This document shows positions 58,951-64,000 of a stretch of 64,000 nt of DNA, one piece after another. Each line of letters opens with the position of its first letter. Position 1 is the stretch's first letter. Made by a program: the position numbers and the translations under genes. This DNA is from Prevotella sp. (GTDB taxonomy: Bacteria; Bacteroidota; Bacteroidia; Bacteroidales; Dysgonomonadaceae). The stretch is from assembly GCA_031285625.1 (NCBI GenBank), contig JAITVV010000036.1:22079-86078 (forward strand), written 5' to 3'. A model generated the notes under the pieces. That model did no database searches, was not told the DNA's origin, and worked only from the letters and a program-made list of their open reading frames with translations.

Positions 58951-60348
58951 ATGCCATTTTTTAGCATGCATGAATTGATGCAAGGTTTTCTCAGATCTAT
59001 ATTAAACAGAAGATCTATATTGATGATATTTATAGTTTCTCTTGTTTTTTGTATGATTTATATATTGAATGATATTTATCCTCTGTTTCTGGATGATTGG
59101 AACTATAGTTTTGTTGTCTCCGAAAACAGGAGGGTTGAATCCCTATCCGATGTATTTATCTCGCAATACCATCATTATTTCGAATGGGGCGGGCGGGCTG
59201 TAGTTCATATTATTTGTCAGGCATTGTTAATGCTCGATTTCTTTTGGCTCTGTGTATTAAACGCCGTTGCATATGTAACACTTTTATTTGTAATGTATTC
59301 AATCGCTAATAAGAACAATAAGGTGAACCCTTTTGTGTTCTTATTGTGTCATATATGTGTGTGGTTCCTTCAGCTGGCTTTTTGTCAAACTGTTTTATGG
59401 AAGACCGGAAGTGCCAATTACTTGTGGGGAATGCTCATAGTCTTACTATTTATCTATCCTTATTATCTGTATTTCCGTAATAGAGAATATTCTGATAGTA
59501 TATTTAAAGCGATCTTATTTTTTATGATTGGTATTATTGCCGGTTGGACAAATGAAAATATTGGTATTGCACTAATCTTTTATATTCTGGCTTCTCTCTT
59601 CTTATATCGAAGAGAAAAAATGAGGTTGCCCAAATGGGCTATCTTTGGATTGGTTGGAGCTACCATGGGATGTGGCGCGATGCTTCTGGCTCCTGGCAAT
59701 TACATCAGATTAACCTCAGTAGAACAGATGGTTGCCGAGCAGGGAAAAACAATGTCGGAAGAGTATTTTCTTAACCTGAAAAATTTATTGATATACTCTG
59801 TGCAAACCGTTTTACCTCTGATTGCAGCATATATAGCAGGAATTATTATTTATATTCGTCAGAAGGAAAAGAGTATTGAGAGAGACACTGTTTTAAAATC
59901 CTCATTACTTTTTATTATTACCGGATTCGTTGCACTTTTTGCACTAATGGCGTCTCCTACTTCCGAAAAGCGGGCTATGTTTGGAATCATCATATTATTT
60001 ATTATTCCAGCTATTATGATATATGCGAATTTAGATCTCACAATAAAACCTCTGAATGTATTAAACATTGTGATGCTGATCGGCTTATTTTCATTATATG
60101 TTGTAGACTATACATGGAAATATCAGACAATAAGTATTGCATCTACAGCATGGAAAGAAAGGGAGCCCCTTATTGAAGAATATAAAGCGAAAGGAATAGA
60201 CACTATAACATTTACAAATAGGTTTCATATTCATACAAAATATGGACTCCAGGATCTCAGCGATGATAAGGATCATTTAGTTAATCAGGTATGTGCACGA
60301 TATTATGATTTTAAATGGATGAAAGCTGTTGATAAAGAAAGTAATTGA
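58951..60348 (+). CDS. DUF6056-like polytopic membrane protein (GT-C-like), paralog 2
   Basis: DDWNYS, WGGR, WKTGSANYLWG, AGWTNEN, LLAPGNYIR; exact start uncertain. Confidence 0.7.
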   Translation: MPFFSMHELMQGFLRSILNRRSILMIFIVSLVFCMIYILNDIYPLFLDDWNYSFVVSENRRVESLSDVFISQYHHYFEWGGRAVVHIICQALLMLDFFWLCVLNAVAYVTLLFVMYSIANKNNKVNPFVFLLCHICVWFLQLAFCQTVLWKTGSANYLWGMLIVLLFIYPYYLYFRNREYSDSIFKAILFFMIGIIAGWTNENIGIALIFYILASLFLYRREKMRLPKWAIFGLVGATMGCGAMLLAPGNYIRLTSVEQMVAEQGKTMSEEYFLNLKNLLIYSVQTVLPLIAAYIAGIIIYIRQKEKSIERDTVLKSSLLFIITGFVALFALMASPTSEKRAMFGIIILFIIPAIMIYANLDLTIKPLNVLNIVMLIGLFSLYVVDYTWKYQTISIASTAWKEREPLIEEYKAKGIDTITFTNRFHIHTKYGLQDLSDDKDHLVNQVCARYYDFKWMKAVDKESN

Positions 60349-60457
60349 TAAAAAATTATCTATATTAGAGTCTTTATTTTTGAAAAGGTAACAGATTTTA
60401 TATAATTAAAATTAGTTCGAAAACTGTTACTTTTGTCACTTTTTTAATTAATCGGAT

Positions 60458-61507
60458 ATGAAAGATATTTTAATTTCACCATTCAGAACTGTAAATATAT
60501 CACACAGAGTCTATTATTTTAGAGCGAAAGGTGATGATTTATTTGGTTGCTGTTCCAGAACAGGGATTGTAACATTATTGGATGCAGATTTTAATATAAA
60601 AAAAGTATATGATTGTTCGGAAGTAATAAAGAAGGAAAAAGGATCTGTAGAAGTTTTCAATCTTCATTATTTCGAAGATGCATTTTGTATAGGGAGTGAT
60701 GATGAATTTCGGATATATGATCTGTCCGGTAAGATATTATGTTCGGTCAGTGAAAAAGTCGAAGGAGCATATTCTTCCCCTTATGGCAACGTGACATGGG
60801 TTGTGAAATATGTAGATAATGAACATAAAAAGATATGTCTCATTATAGACAATGTAGAGGTGGATACCATAATCCTTGAAGACGAACTATTTAAAAGTGC
60901 AGTTGAATTCTCCTCTTTACCAGAACCAAATAAAGTATGTATGATGTTTCTTGCCGGACAGGATGGCATGATGACATATTTTCTTACAAATGATAATGGC
61001 AAAATCATTTGTGAACAAAAGGATAATCTGGAAGATATAGCAGGGATTTCTTTCTCTGACGATAATTCAAAATTCCTTTCGGTATCTGCTTATGACCTGG
61101 ATAGGATTATTCGCTATTCATATCCTGATATGGAAATATTGAATGAATATGAATTGGATGAGGAGCAAATGGAAGAGGAAGAATGCCAGCTAGGTTATGG
61201 CAGTTTCTTTATAGATAATAAATATGCTGTTGCAGAGATAGGTGAGAATCTTTACTATATACTCAACACTGACAATATGGAAATAGAAGGACGTCTTATA
61301 GTAGAAGGACATGAACCTAAGCCAATCCCTTATTACTGGCCAACCTTGAAAGACGATGAGGGGAATACTACCGATTTATCCTATTTCCACAAAACGAAGA
61401 ACTACCTTATATCACCCTTCAAGGCCGCTCCTACAGATAAAGAGGATAACTCTTTAGTGGTATTAAGAATAAGTGATATAAAGGAACAAATAAAGAAGAT
61501 ATTGTAA
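60458..61507 (+). CDS. Acidic hypothetical protein, possibly beta-propeller-like
   Basis: 349-aa ORF, no signal peptide, Asp/Glu-rich with a beta-strand pattern; TACTTTTG upstream at 60428-35. Confidence 0.65.
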   Translation: MKDILISPFRTVNISHRVYYFRAKGDDLFGCCSRTGIVTLLDADFNIKKVYDCSEVIKKEKGSVEVFNLHYFEDAFCIGSDDEFRIYDLSGKILCSVSEKVEGAYSSPYGNVTWVVKYVDNEHKKICLIIDNVEVDTIILEDELFKSAVEFSSLPEPNKVCMMFLAGQDGMMTYFLTNDNGKIICEQKDNLEDIAGISFSDDNSKFLSVSAYDLDRIIRYSYPDMEILNEYELDEEQMEEEECQLGYGSFFIDNKYAVAEIGENLYYILNTDNMEIEGRLIVEGHEPKPIPYYWPTLKDDEGNTTDLSYFHKTKNYLISPFKAAPTDKEDNSLVVLRISDIKEQIKKIL

Positions 61508-61508
61508 T

Positions 61509-62348
61509 ATGGAGTTTTTTGATCTCTTATCCTATACTTTTTTTCAAAATGCATTATTAGGTAGCTTATTTGCGAGTATCGCATGTGGAATAATAGGCTC
61601 ATATGTGGTTATTCGCCGGTTAGTATTTATCAGTGGGGGAATTACCCATGCTTCGTTAGGTGGGATTGGAATGGGTTTTTATTTCGGCTGGAATCCTATC
61701 CTTGCTGCAATGGTATTTTCCATCCTTTCGGCATTTGGCATCGAATGGCTTTCATCACGTCAGGGTGTAAGGGAAGATTCGGCTATCGGTTCATTCTGGT
61801 CGTTGGGTATGGCTGTAGGTATTATCTTTATTTATCTCAAACCGGGTTTTGCCCCTAATCTGTCTGATTATCTGTTTGGTAATATATTAACGATAACTAA
61901 ACCGGATATCACCTATCTGGCTGTTTTATCATTAATCCTTATTATTGTTTTCCTTTTATATGGGCGTCAGATCCTTTTCGCAGCTTTCGATCCGGACTTT
62001 GCTAAGACACGGAACTTACCCGTCAACCTGATTAAGTATGCTATGATGATGGGAATAGCGATTACTATTGTGTTATCTATTCGTTTAGTAGGCATTGTAT
62101 TGCTGATGTCTATCCTAACTGTTCCTCAAATGACTGCTAATCTGTTTACATCCAATTTTGTAAAAATGATCTTACTGTCCATCCTGATCGGATTCTTTGG
62201 GTGTATTGTAGGGCTATTCTTGTCTGCGGTATTGGATGTACCTTCAGGTGTATTCATTATATTCACACAAATAATAGTATTCCTTGTTGCTAGGGGAATA
62301 GTAAAAATGGGTCAGAAAAGGAAGCAGAGGTTAGGCTATGAGTTATAA
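61509..62348 (+). CDS. Metal (Zn/Mn) ABC transporter permease, ZnuB family
   Basis: GIIGSYVVIRR, GITHASLGG, EDSAIG, DYLFGNIL, AFDPDFA. Confidence 0.9.
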   Translation: MEFFDLLSYTFFQNALLGSLFASIACGIIGSYVVIRRLVFISGGITHASLGGIGMGFYFGWNPILAAMVFSILSAFGIEWLSSRQGVREDSAIGSFWSLGMAVGIIFIYLKPGFAPNLSDYLFGNILTITKPDITYLAVLSLILIIVFLLYGRQILFAAFDPDFAKTRNLPVNLIKYAMMMGIAITIVLSIRLVGIVLLMSILTVPQMTANLFTSNFVKMILLSILIGFFGCIVGLFLSAVLDVPSGVFIIFTQIIVFLVARGIVKMGQKRKQRLGYEL

Positions 62349-62367
62349 GTCCTTTGTTGGCTGATTA

Positions 62368-62877
62368 TCATCCTTTTCCTATAATATCCTTAAATGATAT
62401 ATTCTTTACACTCGATTTGCGGAAAAGTAAAGCGCTTATACATATCCCAATAGCTAATGTAAATAGAAGTGACATTGTCAACATCAGGTTGTGTGACATC
62501 TCTATTAATATATGTGGATTTTGTTCTACCGTAGGCAGGTCGGTTACCTTTATTCCTGCAAGCATGGTTTTGTAGGCGAACATACCTGGAATCATAGTGA
62601 TACAAGCAGGCATTGTAAATACTACGGGTGGACTATCTACCTTGTGTGCTGCAAAGATACCAACTAGGCCTATCAGTACGGAGCCGGCTAATGTAGCAGT
62701 GATTAATCCGAAATCCAGTTGAACAAGGATAAAGCGAATGCAGTGTCCCATTCCACCGAGAAGCCCGGCAACCCATAACAGGCGTTTTGGTGAGCCAAAT
62801 AGTATGGCCCAACAAAATCCGACAATAAAGGCAATCCCAAAATCTCGGAGTATATTTAATAGTGTAAGTTCTTCCAT
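62368..62877 (-). CDS. ThrE-family exporter small subunit (YjjB-like)
   Basis: PPVVFTMPACITMIPG motif; hydrophobic; paired with a YjjP-like gene. Confidence 0.85.
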   Translation of the reverse strand: MEELTLLNILRDFGIAFIVGFCWAILFGSPKRLLWVAGLLGGMGHCIRFILVQLDFGLITATLAGSVLIGLVGIFAAHKVDSPPVVFTMPACITMIPGMFAYKTMLAGIKVTDLPTVEQNPHILIEMSHNLMLTMSLLFTLAIGICISALLFRKSSVKNISFKDIIGKG

Positions 62878-62881
62878 TTGC

Positions 62882-63679
62882 TTAGAAATTATTAATACCC
62901 ATTAGTGTAATACATAAGGTCATTCCTGCTGCAATACATAGCAGTATAAACCCTCCGAATAGGGCACGGTTGATAGCTGAGGATAAATAACCCTCAATAA
63001 GATCGATAACGCAGTTTATAAGTGGAACACCCGGAATAAGGTAAAGCACGGCGGTAGCCATAGCCGCTTCGGGGTGTGATCCGATACCATACAGCCGCCC
63101 TAAACCTGTAATAAGCGTAGTTATAAAAGCAGCTATAGAAATACATATCATCGGATTAAATTTCTTCTTGGCAAACCCGACACGTACCATATAGCCGATA
63201 AAAGCAGCAAAGAAGGTGACAATTGCATTCATTGTATCTCCAAAAGAGAAAAGGCAAAGACCTGCACATGAGAATCCAACTGCAATAGCGACAAATATAT
63301 CTTTGTAATTGGGCTTTGCTTTTATCAGGGCAAACTCCTTTTCCACTTCGGTTATCGACAGACGCTCTTCCTGTACTTTCCATGATAGATGGGATACTTC
63401 GGTTAGTACAGCCAGATGTACCTCATGTGGCGGGGAGGTTTTGAATCGTGTTATTGAATTATTAGGGTCGTTAAGATCTTTTACTGTAACTAATAAGCCC
63501 TTAAATGTAGGGCTCAAATTTACATCGAACTCCCACGTTGAGGCTAGCCGTCCCAGATTACTGTTCAGCCTCCCGCAATGTGCTCCGGACGCCAGCAGAT
63601 ATGTACCGATATCCAGAATAAGATCAGCAAAACGTTGTGCGGGTATTTTTATTTTTTCTGTATCTTTATACTCTTGCAT
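62882..63679 (-). CDS. ThrE-family exporter large subunit (YjjP-like)
   Basis: GTYLLASGA, AVLYLIPGVPLIN...DL..G; likely start MQEYK at 63679. Confidence 0.85.
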   Translation of the reverse strand: MQEYKDTEKIKIPAQRFADLILDIGTYLLASGAHCGRLNSNLGRLASTWEFDVNLSPTFKGLLVTVKDLNDPNNSITRFKTSPPHEVHLAVLTEVSHLSWKVQEERLSITEVEKEFALIKAKPNYKDIFVAIAVGFSCAGLCLFSFGDTMNAIVTFFAAFIGYMVRVGFAKKKFNPMICISIAAFITTLITGLGRLYGIGSHPEAAMATAVLYLIPGVPLINCVIDLIEGYLSSAINRALFGGFILLCIAAGMTLCITLMGINNF

Positions 63680-63818
63680 TTTACTTGAATTCTGTGACAA
63701 AGATATTAAAAGAATATTCAATGTAATAAAATACGGGATTGTGATTATAAATGTAATCCTGATTTGTAATTAAAGTATATGCCCTTTTAATTAATAATTT
63801 AAACTTAAATAGAAAACC

Positions 63819-64000
63819 ATGATTAGGAAATTTTGTTCAATCTTACTGGTATTATCGTTTGTTTTTTCATTGAATATGTCTGCCCAACAGGACCATACCT
63901 TCGAAATAAAAGGCGGGGATTTTGTCTATGACGGCAAACCTGTAAGAATTATTTCAGGAGAGATGCACTATCCCCGTATACCTCACCAGTACTGGCGACA
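63819..64000 (+). CDS. GH35 beta-galactosidase, 5' part (truncated by the window end)
   Basis: Not in the ORF track; translates MIRKFCSILLVLSFVFSLNMSAQQDHTFEIKGGDFVYDGKPVRIISGEMHYPRIPHQYWR, matching the GH35 N-terminal motif. Confidence 0.85.
   Translation, partial: MIRKFCSILLVLSFVFSLNMSAQQDHTFEIKGGDFVYDGKPVRIISGEMHYPRIPHQYWR

Noticed and set aside
1-64000. Many short antisense or alternate-frame ORFs in the track (e.g. 8683-9084, 29591-29971, 34875-35447, 63309-63773)
   Set aside because: They shadow well-supported genes and show no recognisable motifs
1-64000. CRISPR array, IS/transposase, integrase, tRNA or rRNA
   Set aside because: No regularly spaced repeats, recombinase motifs or recognisable structural RNA genes were seen

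Overview
A 64-kb, AT-rich chromosomal window from a Bacteroidales bacterium. The gene set, lipoprotein signals and TAnnTTTG promoter motifs suggest a Dysgonomonas-like organism (inference). Most genes are housekeeping and lie on the + strand: pstS-like/TPR, metK with a SAM-II-type riboswitch, hemD, cdd, a GH73-LysM hydrolase, trmD, zapA-rny, D-lactate dehydrogenase, amidase-mlaD-dnaA, a complete 14-gene nuoA-N complex I operon, a GH29 fucosidase, der, smpB, metH, znuB, a ThrE pair and the start of a GH35 gene. I found no rRNA, tRNA, IS element or CRISPR array. The most unusual feature is a stand-alone ApbE-RnfC-RnfD mini-module convergent with nuo. Its ApbE has no signal peptide, its RnfD lacks the FMN-attachment loop but has extra TM helices, and its RnfC is broken by one in-frame TAA. 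Other notable features are a B1-metallo-beta-lactamase-like protein with substituted zinc ligands, a recurrent AGGTC-N3-GACCT palindrome just upstream of three start codons, and several unexplained structured intergenic regions. All calls come from reading the sequence; no database searches were run.
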